From contig CAVPIB010000004.1 of assembly GCA_963704885.1 (NCBI GenBank), forward strand, positions 96,001 to 160,000: a DNA stretch of 64,000 nt, in the 5' to 3' direction. The stretch comes from an uncultured Actinomycetes bacterium. Its GTDB lineage: Bacteria; Actinomycetota; UBA4738; HRBIN12. The notes beneath the pieces were generated by a model, which saw only the letters and a list, made by a program, of their open reading frames with translations, was not told the origin of the DNA and did not search any database. Of the stretch, positions 45,080 through 55,084 are shown piece after piece (the stretch's first letter is position 1; each line of letters begins with the position of its first letter). The position numbers and the translations under genes were made by a program.

Positions 45080-46425
45080 GCGGGTCGCTCCGAGACCGCC
45101 GGGTTGTGGTGGTGGGGGCCGGTGTAGCCGGTCTGGGAGCCGCGCGGGCATCCGTGGCGCAGGGCGCCGAGGTCATCGTCACCGACTCGCGCGTAGCCGC
45201 TGATCTGGGGCTCTTGGACGACTTCCGAGAGCTGGGGGTCACGGTCCTGGCGGGGGGCCACGAACCGGCACACCTGGATGGCGCATCGCTCGTGGTCACG
45301 AGTCCCGGAGTGCCGCAAGACGCCCCGGTGCTGACCTGGGCCGAGGGTCTCGGGATCCCCGTCTGGGGAGAGCTGGAGCTGGGCGCGCACCTGTGCGAGG
45401 TGCCGTACCTGGCGGTGACGGGCACGAACGGCAAGACCACGACGACGGCCATGATCGCTGCATGTCTGCGCGCGGGTGGGACCGACGCGATCGCCTGCGG
45501 CAACATCGGCCATCCGTTCTCCGTCGCCGCGACCGAGGGACACGATGCGTTGGTGGTCGAGGCCTCCTCGTTCCAGCTCCGGTTCGTTCAGACGTTCCAT
45601 CCGCGGGTATCCGTGCTCCTCAATCTGGCGCCCGATCACCTGGACTGGCACGGGTCCGATCAGGCCTACGTCGATGCGAAGGCGAGCATCTACCGCGCCC
45701 AGGGTCCTGGAGACGTTCATGTGGCCAATCTCGACGACAGCAGGGCGGCTGCGATCTCCCGGGCGGCTCCTTGCACACTAGTCTGGTTCAGACTAGGCAC
45801 GCCCGACGAGGGGGAGGTGGGCTACGAAGGCGACGAGCTGTTCTCGCGCATCGGCGACGGGGGATCGTTGGGTCCCGTCGACGGCGAGCGAGCGGGCTTC
45901 CGGGCGGATGCCGCGGCGGCCGCGGCGGCATCGCTCTCGTTCGGTGCATCGGCCGAGGCAGTGCGGCGAGGTCTGGCTGGTTTCGTCCCCGCCCAGCATC
46001 GCGGCGAGATCGTAGCCATCGTTGACGACGTGCGGTTCCTCGACAACTCCAAGGCGACGAACGTGCACGCCACGTTGGCCGCGCTCGACGGGGTGCACGA
46101 CGCGGTCCTGATCGCCGGCGGACGCACGAAAGGCGTGGATCTGTCGCCGCTGCGTGCCAGGGTGGATCGCCTGGTGGGCGTCGTCGCCATCGGCGAAGCG
46201 GCAGACGAGCTGGAGTCCGTGTTCGACGGCCTGCTCACCGTCCGGCGATCGGGTTCGATCGAAGAGGCCACCAGAGCTGCTCTGCAGCTCGCACCCCGTC
46301 CGGGCACAGTACTGCTGGCTCCGGCGTGCGCGAGCTGGGACATGTTCAGCAGCTATGAGGAGCGCGGCGACCGGTTCGCCGCCGCCGCGCGCGCCTTGAT
46401 GGAGGAGGTTGGGGCCCGTGGGTGA
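45076..46425 (+). CDS. murD: UDP-MurNAc-L-Ala--D-Glu ligase
   Basis: SPGVP, GTNGKTT, GNIG, SSFQL, DHLDWH, NSKATN, PACASWD.F. Start moved to GTG 45076. Confidence 0.95.
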   Translation: MSGSLRDRRVVVVGAGVAGLGAARASVAQGAEVIVTDSRVAADLGLLDDFRELGVTVLAGGHEPAHLDGASLVVTSPGVPQDAPVLTWAEGLGIPVWGELELGAHLCEVPYLAVTGTNGKTTTTAMIAACLRAGGTDAIACGNIGHPFSVAATEGHDALVVEASSFQLRFVQTFHPRVSVLLNLAPDHLDWHGSDQAYVDAKASIYRAQGPGDVHVANLDDSRAAAISRAAPCTLVWFRLGTPDEGEVGYEGDELFSRIGDGGSLGPVDGERAGFRADAAAAAAASLSFGASAEAVRRGLAGFVPAQHRGEIVAIVDDVRFLDNSKATNVHATLAALDGVHDAVLIAGGRTKGVDLSPLRARVDRLVGVVAIGEAADELESVFDGLLTVRRSGSIEEATRAALQLAPRPGTVLLAPACASWDMFSSYEERGDRFAAAARALMEEVGARG

Positions 46426-47725
46426 TGGAGCGCCCGCTTCCCGAGGTCGCCGGAGTCCGTCGACTCCTCGCGACGCCCGACCTCTGACGCAGCGACCCAG
46501 CCGCGGACATCCGACGAGCCTGCGGGTGGTACGAGAGCCCGATCGGCGGTCGCGGAAGGACCCCGCGGCGATGGCTCGGACGAGCCTGCTCCTCCTCCTG
46601 GCGCCCACCGCGGTCCTCACCGCCATCGGGGTCGTCGAGGTCTTCTCCGCGAGTTCGGTGTTCGCGTTCACGACCTACGACAACAGCTTCTGGTTCCTCG
46701 AGCGCCATGCTGTTTACGCAGCGTTCGGCATAGGGTTCTTCTTCCTCACAGCTCACATGCGGTACGCCGCGTGGAGACGGCTGGCCGGCCCCTTCTTGGC
46801 GATCTCGATCGCGCTCCTCTTGCTGGCGCTGCACCCCACGGCGGGCGTGTCGGCGTACGGTGCATCCCGCTGGATCGCGCTCGGCCCACTCACCGTGCAA
46901 CCATCGGAGTTCGCGAAGCTGGCGGTGATCGCGTTCGCGGCGTCCGTGCTGACCCGCAAGGGTCGCAAGTTGGATGACTGGCTGCACATCGCCCTCCCGC
47001 TAGGTCCGATCGTGCTGCTGGTCGCCGGCATAGTGATGATGCAGCGGGACCTAGGGACCACGATCATCATCGTGGGCGGAGTCCTATCGATGCTCTTCAT
47101 CGCAGGGGTCCGGATGCGTTATCTGGTGGTGACCGGGGTCGTCTCGCTGGCGGGGTTGGCCTACCTCATCCTCGGCACGGCCTACCGTCGCGCCAGGTTC
47201 CTGTCGTTCGTCGATCCTTGGGAGGACCCGCGATACACGGGCTACCAGCTCATCCAGGGGTTGATCGCGCTCGGCTCCGGTGGGTGGTTCGGGGTGGGGC
47301 TCGGCGCCAGCCGCCAGAAGTGGGCGTACCTGCCGAACGCACACACCGACTTCATCTTCGCCGTGCTCGGCGAGGAGCTCGGCTTGTTCGGGGAGCTGGT
47401 GGTGTTGCTGCTGTTCGGCTCGGTGGTGTACGCCGGCATCCGGATCGCGGTCAGGGCGCCCGATACCTTCGGTCGACTGCTGGCCGCCGGTATCACCGGG
47501 TGGATCGGGCTCCAGGCGATCGTCAACCTCGGAGCCGTCACGGGCCTCCTCCCGATAACCGGTGTGCCTCTCCCGTTCGTCTCGTTCGGTGGAACGGCCC
47601 TCATCGTGACCCTGGGCGCCGTCGGCGTCCTCGCCTCGATCGCACGAGCGAGCGTCGGCCCGCGGCCCAAGAAGGGGGGCGGCGGCGCCCGGCCACGCGC
47701 GGCCACGAAACAGGTGTCTGCATGA
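46418..47725 (+). CDS. ftsW: SEDS peptidoglycan polymerase
   Basis: GASRW, QPSEFAK, DLGT, GYQ, LPNAHTDFIF, EELG, GVPLPFVSFGG. Confidence 0.93.
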   Translation: MGDGAPASRGRRSPSTPRDARPLTQRPSRGHPTSLRVVREPDRRSRKDPAAMARTSLLLLLAPTAVLTAIGVVEVFSASSVFAFTTYDNSFWFLERHAVYAAFGIGFFFLTAHMRYAAWRRLAGPFLAISIALLLLALHPTAGVSAYGASRWIALGPLTVQPSEFAKLAVIAFAASVLTRKGRKLDDWLHIALPLGPIVLLVAGIVMMQRDLGTTIIIVGGVLSMLFIAGVRMRYLVVTGVVSLAGLAYLILGTAYRRARFLSFVDPWEDPRYTGYQLIQGLIALGSGGWFGVGLGASRQKWAYLPNAHTDFIFAVLGEELGLFGELVVLLLFGSVVYAGIRIAVRAPDTFGRLLAAGITGWIGLQAIVNLGAVTGLLPITGVPLPFVSFGGTALIVTLGAVGVLASIARASVGPRPKKGGGGARPRAATKQVSA

Positions 47726-48828
47726 GGGTCGTGATCGCAGCTGGTGGAACGGGCGGACATATCTTCGCGGCGTTGGCCCTGGCCGATTCGCTCGCGCGCG
47801 ATCACGGTGCGGACGTTCGGTTCATCGGCACGCCCGACGGCCAGGAGGCGGCGCGCGTGCCGGCGGCGGGGTACCGGTTCGACGCCGTCGCCTCGACGCC
47901 CCTCCTCCGGGAAGTGTCGCTGCGAGCCGCTAAGGCGCCCGTCGTAGCCCTGCGTTCCGCGTTGGCGTGCGCGCCGCTGGTTGAGGGCGCCGACGTCGCG
48001 GTAGGCACCGGTGGATACGCGAGCGTGCCGGCGATCCTCGCGGCTCGCCGCGCTCATGTGCCGATCGTTCTTCACGAGCCGAACGCCAGACCCGGCCTCG
48101 CGAACCGCATCCTGGCTCGGTTCGCCGACGCGATCGGAGTGGCGTTCGAGGGAGTGGGGCAACGGCTGCGGGGTCCCGCGCGCATCGAGGTGACCGGCTA
48201 TCCGGTTAGGGAGGCCATTCTCCGCGTCGCGGATCACCGGAAGGAGCTCGCGGACGAGGCACGCGAGGATCTCGATCTGGACCCGGACCGCAGGACGGTG
48301 CTTGTGTGGGGTGGGAGCCAGGGTGCGTTGCACCTCGACGAGGTAGTCGCGGCGGCGCTGCCGCTCCTGGGATCGGATGACGATCTCCAGCTCATCGTGT
48401 TGACAGGAGCAGCGAACCTGGCCGTCGTGGCTGCCGCGGCCGAGCGAGCGACCGGGATCCGTGTCCGAGCGCTGCCTTTCCTGGACCGGATGGAGTTGGC
48501 GCTCGCGGTAGCCGACCTGGCGGTCTCGCGGGCGGGCGCCACCACGATCGCCGAACAGACCGTCTGCGGCCTGCCGGCGCTCCTTGTCCCGTACCCGCAC
48601 GCGACCCAGAACCACCAGGAGGCGAACGCTCGCGAGCTCGAGCGCGCTGGCGCCGCCGGCGTTGTGCTGGACGTCGATCTTACGGCCCAGGTGCTCGTCG
48701 ATCGCGTGCACTCCATGTTCGGCGATCCCGCCGGGCTCGCCTCCATGGCCGAGCGGTCCCTCTCGTGGGCCAAACCCGACGCCGTCGATCGATTCGCGCG
48801 CCTGGTGGTCGAGGTGGCGAAACGATGA
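47722..48828 (+). CDS. murG: Lipid II GlcNAc transferase
   Basis: GGTGGHI, GGYAS, HE.N, GGSQGA, RAGA, HQ..NA. Confidence 0.95.
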   Translation: MRVVIAAGGTGGHIFAALALADSLARDHGADVRFIGTPDGQEAARVPAAGYRFDAVASTPLLREVSLRAAKAPVVALRSALACAPLVEGADVAVGTGGYASVPAILAARRAHVPIVLHEPNARPGLANRILARFADAIGVAFEGVGQRLRGPARIEVTGYPVREAILRVADHRKELADEAREDLDLDPDRRTVLVWGGSQGALHLDEVVAAALPLLGSDDDLQLIVLTGAANLAVVAAAAERATGIRVRALPFLDRMELALAVADLAVSRAGATTIAEQTVCGLPALLVPYPHATQNHQEANARELERAGAAGVVLDVDLTAQVLVDRVHSMFGDPAGLASMAERSLSWAKPDAVDRFARLVVEVAKR

Positions 48829-50270
48829 GCATCCGTTCCGATCGCTACTCGCCGCCGGCCGGCAGCATCCCGACCTTGGCCGTGCCGTCGCTCGCCGGGG
48901 TCGGCTGTGTACACATGATCGGGATCGGGGGGGCGGGCATGAGGAACCTGGCTCGCCTGCTCATGGCGCGAGGGGTCTCAGTCAGCGGGTCGGATCTGAA
49001 GGACTCGAAGGGCCTCGGCGAACTGCGTGACCTAGGCGCACGGATCACCGTCGGTCACGACGCAGGAGCGATAGGCGATCCGGACGCGGTGATCGTCTCG
49101 AGCGCGATCGGCGAGCGGAACGTGGAGCTGGGCGAGGCCGATCGTCGCGCCGTCCCGATATGGGCGCGCGCACAGGCGATCGCAGCGCTCGCGGCGGATC
49201 GGAAGGCGGTGGCGGTCGGTGGTACCCACGGCAAGACAACCACGACGTCCATGCTCGCCGTCGTGCTTGAACGCGCCGGGCTGGATCCGACGTTCCTGGT
49301 GGGGGGCGACCTGAACGAGAGCGGCAGTGGTGCGCGATCGGGCGACGGCGACGTCTTCGTCTTCGAAGCCGACGAGAGCGACGGCTCGTTCCTGCTGGCC
49401 CATGCGTCGATCGGGATCGTCACGAACGTGGAGGTCGATCACGTCGATTTCTACCCGGGCGGGCGCGCCGAGATCGAAGCGGCGTTCGCCGCATTCATGG
49501 CGCGGTGCGATCGGGTCGTCGCCTGCACGGACGACCCCGGCGTGCGGGCATCGATCGCTTCCGCGGGGGGCTCACAGCCCGTCGTGTCGTATGGGTGCGG
49601 CGAGGGGAGCGACTGGCGGTTGGTGGTCGAGGGCGTTGGACCCGGCGGCGCCGTTGGGTCCGTCACGGATCCCTCGGGATCCGTGACGGCTTTGCGCCTG
49701 CGCGTGGACGGCGCGCACAATCTGTTGAACGCCACGGCCGCCATCGCGGCGGCCGCGCTCCTCGGCGTCGACGTGTCGGATGCGGCGGACACGCTTGCCG
49801 GCTTCACGGGCGTCCACCGGCGTTTCGAGCTCCGGGGCCGAGCGCGCGGCGCGGACTTCTATGACGACTACGGGCATGTCCCCACCGAGCTTTCCGTGAC
49901 CCTCGACGTTGCTCGGCGCACGGGACCCGGCCGTCTCGTTGCTGTCTTCCAGCCGCACCGGTACTCCAGGACGCTGGCGCTCTGGCGGGAGCTGGGCGCG
50001 AGCCTCACGGGGGCGGACATCGTGGTCGTGACCGACGTGTTCGGCGCCGATCAGGATCCGATCCCGGGCGTGACAGGCAAGCTGGTGGTCAATGGAGTCG
50101 CGGAGGCGGCGCCCGGCACGCGGGTGGTGTACCTGCCGCATCGTCGCGATGTTGTCTCATTCCTGGACAGCGAGGTGAGAGACGGAGACCTGGTGATCAC
50201 GATGGGATGCGGAGACGTCTGGATGCTCGCGGATGCCGCGCTCGAACTGATCGGGGGAGCCGCCCGATGA
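48825..50270 (+). CDS. murC: UDP-MurNAc--L-alanine ligase
   Basis: IGIGGAGM, GTHGKTTT, EADESD, RRF, DDYGH.PTE, FQPHRYSR. Confidence 0.95.
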   Translation: MSIRSDRYSPPAGSIPTLAVPSLAGVGCVHMIGIGGAGMRNLARLLMARGVSVSGSDLKDSKGLGELRDLGARITVGHDAGAIGDPDAVIVSSAIGERNVELGEADRRAVPIWARAQAIAALAADRKAVAVGGTHGKTTTTSMLAVVLERAGLDPTFLVGGDLNESGSGARSGDGDVFVFEADESDGSFLLAHASIGIVTNVEVDHVDFYPGGRAEIEAAFAAFMARCDRVVACTDDPGVRASIASAGGSQPVVSYGCGEGSDWRLVVEGVGPGGAVGSVTDPSGSVTALRLRVDGAHNLLNATAAIAAAALLGVDVSDAADTLAGFTGVHRRFELRGRARGADFYDDYGHVPTELSVTLDVARRTGPGRLVAVFQPHRYSRTLALWRELGASLTGADIVVVTDVFGADQDPIPGVTGKLVVNGVAEAAPGTRVVYLPHRRDVVSFLDSEVRDGDLVITMGCGDVWMLADAALELIGGAAR

Positions 50271-51199
50271 ACACCTCGATCTCACGGGCGGAGGCGATCT
50301 TGAGAACGGCGTGCGGCGATCGGGTGAAGACCGGCTTCCCATTGGCGGCGCTCACGTCCTTCCGGATCGGCGGGCCCGCGGCTCTCTACCTGGAGCCGGA
50401 GTCGGAAACGGATCTCGCGGCCGCCGGTGAGGCCGCCATGGTTGGGGGGATCCAGGTCGTCGTGCTCGGGAAGGGGTCGAACGTGCTCGTGTCCGACGAG
50501 GGGTTCCCGGGCCTCGTGTTGCGTCTTGGTCGGAGTTTCCGATGGGCGGCGCGTGACGGTGAGCGCCTGACTGCGGGCGGCGCCATGCCGTTGCCCGCAC
50601 TCGCGGGGGTGGCGCTCCGACATGGGCTCTCGGGGATCGAGTTCGGGGTCGCGATCCCCGCCTCCGTGGGCGGCGCGATCCGCATGAACGCCGGAGCGCA
50701 CGGTGGCGATATGGCCGACGTCCTGGAGGGGGTTCACATCTACCGCCTGGAGAGAGGCGGGTCCGAGACCCTCACTCCAGAGGCCGTCGGATTCGCCTAT
50801 CGACGGACGGCGCTGCCGGACGACGCCGTCGTCACCGGAGGGGTCTTGCGGCTGGCCGACAACGACCCACGGGCGATCCGCGATCGCATGGACGAGGCGC
50901 GCGAGTGGCGGCGCAGGACCCAGCCGGTCTCAGAGCCGAACTGCGGGAGCGTGTTCACGAACCCACCCGAGGACCACGCGGCCCGTCTGATCGAGGCTGC
51001 CGGAGGGAAGGGTGTTCGCGTCGGAGGGGCTGTTGTCTCCTCGAAGCACGCCAACTTCATCGTGGCGGAACCAGGCGCCTCGGCAGCCGACGTGGCGGCG
51101 CTGATCCGTCAGATCCAGACGCTGATCGAGCAGGTAGCGGGTGTCCACCTGGAGCCAGAAGTGAAGTTGATCGGAGCGTTCGACGATGCCAGACGCTGA
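50267..51199 (+). CDS. murB: UDP-N-acetylenolpyruvoylglucosamine reductase
   Basis: IGGPA, G.GSN, MNAGA, YR, GSVF.NP, S.KHANF, LE.EV. Confidence 0.95.
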   Translation: MNTSISRAEAILRTACGDRVKTGFPLAALTSFRIGGPAALYLEPESETDLAAAGEAAMVGGIQVVVLGKGSNVLVSDEGFPGLVLRLGRSFRWAARDGERLTAGGAMPLPALAGVALRHGLSGIEFGVAIPASVGGAIRMNAGAHGGDMADVLEGVHIYRLERGGSETLTPEAVGFAYRRTALPDDAVVTGGVLRLADNDPRAIRDRMDEAREWRRRTQPVSEPNCGSVFTNPPEDHAARLIEAAGGKGVRVGGAVVSSKHANFIVAEPGASAADVAALIRQIQTLIEQVAGVHLEPEVKLIGAFDDARR

Positions 51200-52034
51200 A
51201 GCGACCGGACCCGAGGCCGCAGCGATCACCCGCGTGGCCGAGCCGGTGCCCCCGGATCCGGTGACCGCCGCTCCGGCTACCCCTATCTCGGAGACCGCTG
51301 CGGTGGATCGGAAGCCATGGATCCGGGGAACACCGCACCGGGGGCGCAAGCGTTGGGCCGCCATCGCCGCCATCGCAGTGGTCCTCGTTTCGGCGACCGG
51401 TGTCGGGCTCACGCGCAGCTCGTTCGTTCACGCACGAACGATCCGCGTGCACGGTGCATCGCACCTGACTCGGTCGGACGTGTTGCGGCTGGCCCAGATC
51501 GCCGTCGGGGTCAACGTCTTCATGTTGGATGCGGGTGAGGCCGAACGTCGACTGGAGGCCAATATCTGGGTGGCAGAAGCGACCATCTCCAAGCACCTTC
51601 CCGCCACGCTGGTAGTGGACATCCGGGAGCGCCATCCGGTAGCGGTCATCGAGTCGATCGGGCTCTTGCGTTTGGTCGCCGACGACGGGACCTTGCTCGA
51701 TGCTGCTGGACCCGGGGTCTCGCTACCGCTCATCGCCTCGGCCGAGGAAGCGAGGTCCGATCCGGCTCCGACCGCGATCCACGACGCTGCGCGCGTGGTC
51801 GCGGCGATGGCACCCATCCTTCGTCGTGAGGTGGCTCAGGTGTTGATCCTCGCGGACGGCACGCTGCGCGTGGATCTGCAAGGCGGCGCCGCGGTTAGCT
51901 ACGGGCGGGCGGTGGATCTGGTGGCCAAGGGCGACGCATTGCGAGCGCTCCTGCGCTGGGCTTCTGCCCAAGGGGCGGCCATCGCATCGGCGGATGTCCG
52001 GGTCCCGTCAGCCCCCACGGTCCGACTGGGGTAG
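51186..52034 (+). CDS. ftsQ: Cell division protein FtsQ/DivIB
   Basis: TM + POTRA (I.V.G...L; WV....I....P..L...I.ER) + D.R.P..P C-terminus. Confidence 0.85.
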   Translation: MPDAEATGPEAAAITRVAEPVPPDPVTAAPATPISETAAVDRKPWIRGTPHRGRKRWAAIAAIAVVLVSATGVGLTRSSFVHARTIRVHGASHLTRSDVLRLAQIAVGVNVFMLDAGEAERRLEANIWVAEATISKHLPATLVVDIRERHPVAVIESIGLLRLVADDGTLLDAAGPGVSLPLIASAEEARSDPAPTAIHDAARVVAAMAPILRREVAQVLILADGTLRVDLQGGAAVSYGRAVDLVAKGDALRALLRWASAQGAAIASADVRVPSAPTVRLG

Positions 52035-52053
52035 TAGGGCGCGGGGGACCATC

Positions 52054-52175
52054 CGGCGTGTCATCCGAGCGCATAACGAAACCCCGTCTCCTGCTTGACG
52101 GACCTGCGCTTTCTTAGTAGCGTTGCGCTCTCTACGTCAGGTAGATATAACAATAACGGTAAACTTTATGGTTAT
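52054..52175 (+). promoter_or_regulatory. ftsZ promoter region
   Basis: CGGCGTGTC (WhiA-type GACAC core, 52058-52062); TTGACG-N17-TAGCGT (52095-52123); AT-rich palindrome at 52153-52175. Confidence 0.65.
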
Positions 52176-52247
52176 GGTTGTCGAGGCATGGACGGCGTTT
52201 CCCCAGGTGACGAGCGGGTCGGAAGGCCCGCCGTTCGGAGGACAGCG

Positions 52248-53405
52248 ATGATGGATGCTCCCCAGAACTACCTCGCCGTTATCAAGGTGGTCGGGATCGG
52301 CGGCGGCGGCGTGAACGCGGTGAACCGGATGATCGAGGCAGGCCTCCGGGGCGTCGAGTTCATCGCCGTCAACACGGATGCCCAGACCCTGTTGATGTCG
52401 GACGCGGAGGTGAAGCTCGACATCGGTCGTGAAACCACCCGAGGACTCGGTGCCGGATCGGATCCTGAGGTGGGGCGCTCGGCGGCGCATGAGCATGGCG
52501 ACGAGATCGAGGAGATCTTGAAGGGGGCCGACATGGTCTTCATCACCGCCGGTGAGGGCGGTGGCACCGGGACCGGCGGCGCACCCGTTGTCGCCGAGGC
52601 TGCACGCGGCCTCGGCGCGCTGACGATCGGGGTTGTGACGCGCCCGTTCGGGTTCGAGGGGCGCAAGCGCGCGACGCAGGCTGACGTCGGCATCACCGAG
52701 CTGAAGAAGGCGGTCGACACGCTGATCGTGGTGCCGAACGATCGCCTGCTGCAGGTCTCGGACCCCACCACGCCCATGATCGAGGCGTTCCGCATGGCAG
52801 ACCAGGTCCTATATCAAGGCGTGGACGGGATCACGTCGCTGATCACGACGCCGGGGTTGATCAACCTGGACTTCGCGGATGTGAAGTCGGTCATGACGGG
52901 TGCAGGTTCGGCCCTCATGGGGATCGGGCACGGCACGGGCGAGAACCGTGCCGTCGAAGCGGCGAAGTCGGCGATCTCCTCTCCGCTGCTTGAGTCCTCG
53001 ATCGACGGCGCGAAGGGTGTGCTTCTGTCCATCGCGGGTCCCACGGACCTATCGCTGCATGAGGTGAACGCGGCCGCCGACCACATCACCCGGGTGGCAC
53101 ACCCCGACGCCAACATCATCTTCGGCGCGGTGGTGGACGACGCCCTCGGCGAGGAGGTCCGGGTCACGGTCGTCGCGGCCGGATTCGACAAGTTGGCCTC
53201 GTCGCTTGAGACGAGCAGGTTCGAAAGTCGGCTCTCCCGGCTGCTCGAGGAGCCCGATCGTGGCGATGACGCCCTCCCATCGATCCTGTCCGAAGAGATC
53301 GACGAGGACGTCGACGTCTTCACGAGCGCGGGCGACTCGGAGCCGGCATCGGTGGGGTTCGACGCCGAGGAGGATCTGGACATCCCGGATTTCTTGAAGA
53401 ACTGA
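52248..53405 (+). CDS. ftsZ: Cell division GTPase
   Basis: GGGG.NA, NTD, GGGTGTG, INLDFAD, C-terminal LDIPDFLK; GGAGG RBS before 52248. Confidence 0.98.
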   Translation: MMDAPQNYLAVIKVVGIGGGGVNAVNRMIEAGLRGVEFIAVNTDAQTLLMSDAEVKLDIGRETTRGLGAGSDPEVGRSAAHEHGDEIEEILKGADMVFITAGEGGGTGTGGAPVVAEAARGLGALTIGVVTRPFGFEGRKRATQADVGITELKKAVDTLIVVPNDRLLQVSDPTTPMIEAFRMADQVLYQGVDGITSLITTPGLINLDFADVKSVMTGAGSALMGIGHGTGENRAVEAAKSAISSPLLESSIDGAKGVLLSIAGPTDLSLHEVNAAADHITRVAHPDANIIFGAVVDDALGEEVRVTVVAAGFDKLASSLETSRFESRLSRLLEEPDRGDDALPSILSEEIDEDVDVFTSAGDSEPASVGFDAEEDLDIPDFLKN

Positions 53406-53440
53406 GCGGACGATCCCGTCCGTCCCGCGCGGCCTCGCGC

Positions 53441-53512
53441 AGGGGACGGGGAGGTTCCGAGCTAGGAGGCGCCCTTCCCCCGCCTCTTGGCCGAGAGACC
53501 TCCCCGTCCCCT
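53441..53512 (+). terminator. Long hairpin after ftsZ (terminator or stability element)
   Basis: Perfect 15-bp arms AGGGGACGGGGAGGT/ACCTCCCCGTCCCCT, inner stems, loop CCCTTCCCC, weak T tail. Confidence 0.55.
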
Positions 53513-53542
53513 TTCCATGTTTCTGCCACTCTTGGTACCCGC

Positions 53543-54235
53543 ATGGTCGCCACCCGTGAGGAGACGCTCGAGAACCTCCGCGCACTGCGGGAGGGGATCG
53601 CGAGCGGTTGCGATAAGGCCGAGCGGGATCCGTCGACCGTCAGACTTGTGGCTGCAAGCAAGACGGTGCCCCTGGAGAACATGCGCTGGGTGCACGACGC
53701 AGGAGTCGAGGACTTCGGCGAGAACTACGTGAATGAGATGCGTGCGAAGCGGCCGGACCTTCCCTCTGTGCGCTGGCACTACATCGGCACCCTGCAGTCC
53801 GGTAGCGCCCATCACGTGGCGGTGCTCGCGGACGTCGTGCAGACGGTCGCCGAGGGCCGGGCCACCGATCGGCTCGCGCGCCGGGTCGTCCAAGCGGGGC
53901 GGGTTGTCGAAGTCTTGATCGAGGTCGACTTCACCGGTGAGCGCACCGGCGTCCCGCCGGAGCGGACGCAAGAGCTCGCGGACCGTATCGCCTCGCTCGA
54001 CGGTCTCCGGTTGGTTGGTCTGATGACCCTGCCGCCCGTGCCAGTTCGACCGGAGGACGCGCGACCGTTCTTCATCCGGCTTCGAGATCTGCGTGATCGC
54101 ATCCGCGAACGACACCCTGAGGTGCTGGAATTGTCCATGGGGATGTCGTTGGATTACCAGGTCGCTGTGGAAGAAGGCGCTACGATGGTCCGCGTCGGGA
54201 CGGCGCTGTTCGGTCCCCGGGTGCCGCTGACGTAG
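53543..54235 (+). CDS. yggS: PLP homeostasis protein
   Basis: A.SKT, FGENY, WHYIG.LQ, GLMT, LSMGMS.D, GATMVRVGT..FG. Confidence 0.93.
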   Translation: MVATREETLENLRALREGIASGCDKAERDPSTVRLVAASKTVPLENMRWVHDAGVEDFGENYVNEMRAKRPDLPSVRWHYIGTLQSGSAHHVAVLADVVQTVAEGRATDRLARRVVQAGRVVEVLIEVDFTGERTGVPPERTQELADRIASLDGLRLVGLMTLPPVPVRPEDARPFFIRLRDLRDRIRERHPEVLELSMGMSLDYQVAVEEGATMVRVGTALFGPRVPLT

Positions 54236-54245
54236 GGAGGAAGTG

Positions 54246-54713
54246 ATGGCCGGCGTGTGGAAGAAGACGCTCAACTACCTCGGACTCGTGGAAGACGATG
54301 AGGAATTCGTGGATGACATCCCCGACGCCGAGCCGGCGCCGGTCCGACGGATGAAGCCGCAGGCGGTTCGCGAGGTCTCCTCCGAGACCGAGGGTGTCGT
54401 CCGCACCATCGCGTCGCCGCGAGCGGTCGCAGCGTCATCGGCCATCTACAAGTCCGAGCCCAAGCGGTTCAACGAGGCGCGCGAGGTTGCCGACCGCTAC
54501 AAGGAAGGCACCGCGGTCATCATGAACCTGCAGAGCACCGACGACACCATCGCGCGGCGGCTTGTGGATTTCGCATCCGGACTGGTCTACGGGCTCGACG
54601 GCAAGATCGAGCTCGTCGCCAACCGCGTATACCTGCTGACTCCTGCCAACGTGGAGGTCTCGGCCGAGGAACGCGAGCGGATCGCTGGCGGGGCGTTCTA
54701 CAACCAGTTCTGA
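54246..54713 (+). CDS. sepF: Cell division protein SepF
   Basis: YLGLVE amphipathic N-terminus, RLVDFASGL, LLTP, FYNQ. Confidence 0.93.
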   Translation: MAGVWKKTLNYLGLVEDDEEFVDDIPDAEPAPVRRMKPQAVREVSSETEGVVRTIASPRAVAASSAIYKSEPKRFNEAREVADRYKEGTAVIMNLQSTDDTIARRLVDFASGLVYGLDGKIELVANRVYLLTPANVEVSAEERERIAGGAFYNQF

Positions 54714-54783
54714 TCGGGCGCCGGAGGCGCGCGACCCTGGTCGCTCCCGCCGCGGGTAGCCCGGCTGCTAGCCTTCTCAACCG

Positions 54784-55065
54784 ATGATCTGTGCGGCGAA
54801 CCCCTTCCTTCGGCTGGTCTGTATCGCGCTGCCGGTCTACTCGTTCATCCTGCTAGCGCGGGTCATCGTGAGCTGGATAGAGCTGGCGGGGGTCCGGCCT
54901 CCGCCGACCGGCCCACTGCGGACCCTCTTCGAGCTACTCTTCGACGTCACGGAGCCGGTGCTTCGGCTGCTCCGACGGGTCATCCCTCCCGCGGGGCCGC
55001 TCGACCTGTCGGTCATCGTGGCGTTCGTGATCATCTTCGTGCTGCAGAACGCGATCTGCCGATGA
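54784..55065 (+). CDS. yggT: YggT/YlmG family membrane protein
   Basis: R.I.SW, TEP.L...RR.IP, LDLS. Confidence 0.9.
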   Translation: MICAANPFLRLVCIALPVYSFILLARVIVSWIELAGVRPPPTGPLRTLFELLFDVTEPVLRLLRRVIPPAGPLDLSVIVAFVIIFVLQNAICR

Positions 55066-55084
55066 GGGGAGCGAGGGAGGTTCC

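Noticed and set aside
52034-52248. Absence of ftsA between ftsQ and ftsZ
   Set aside because: Normal for Actinobacteria, which use SepF.
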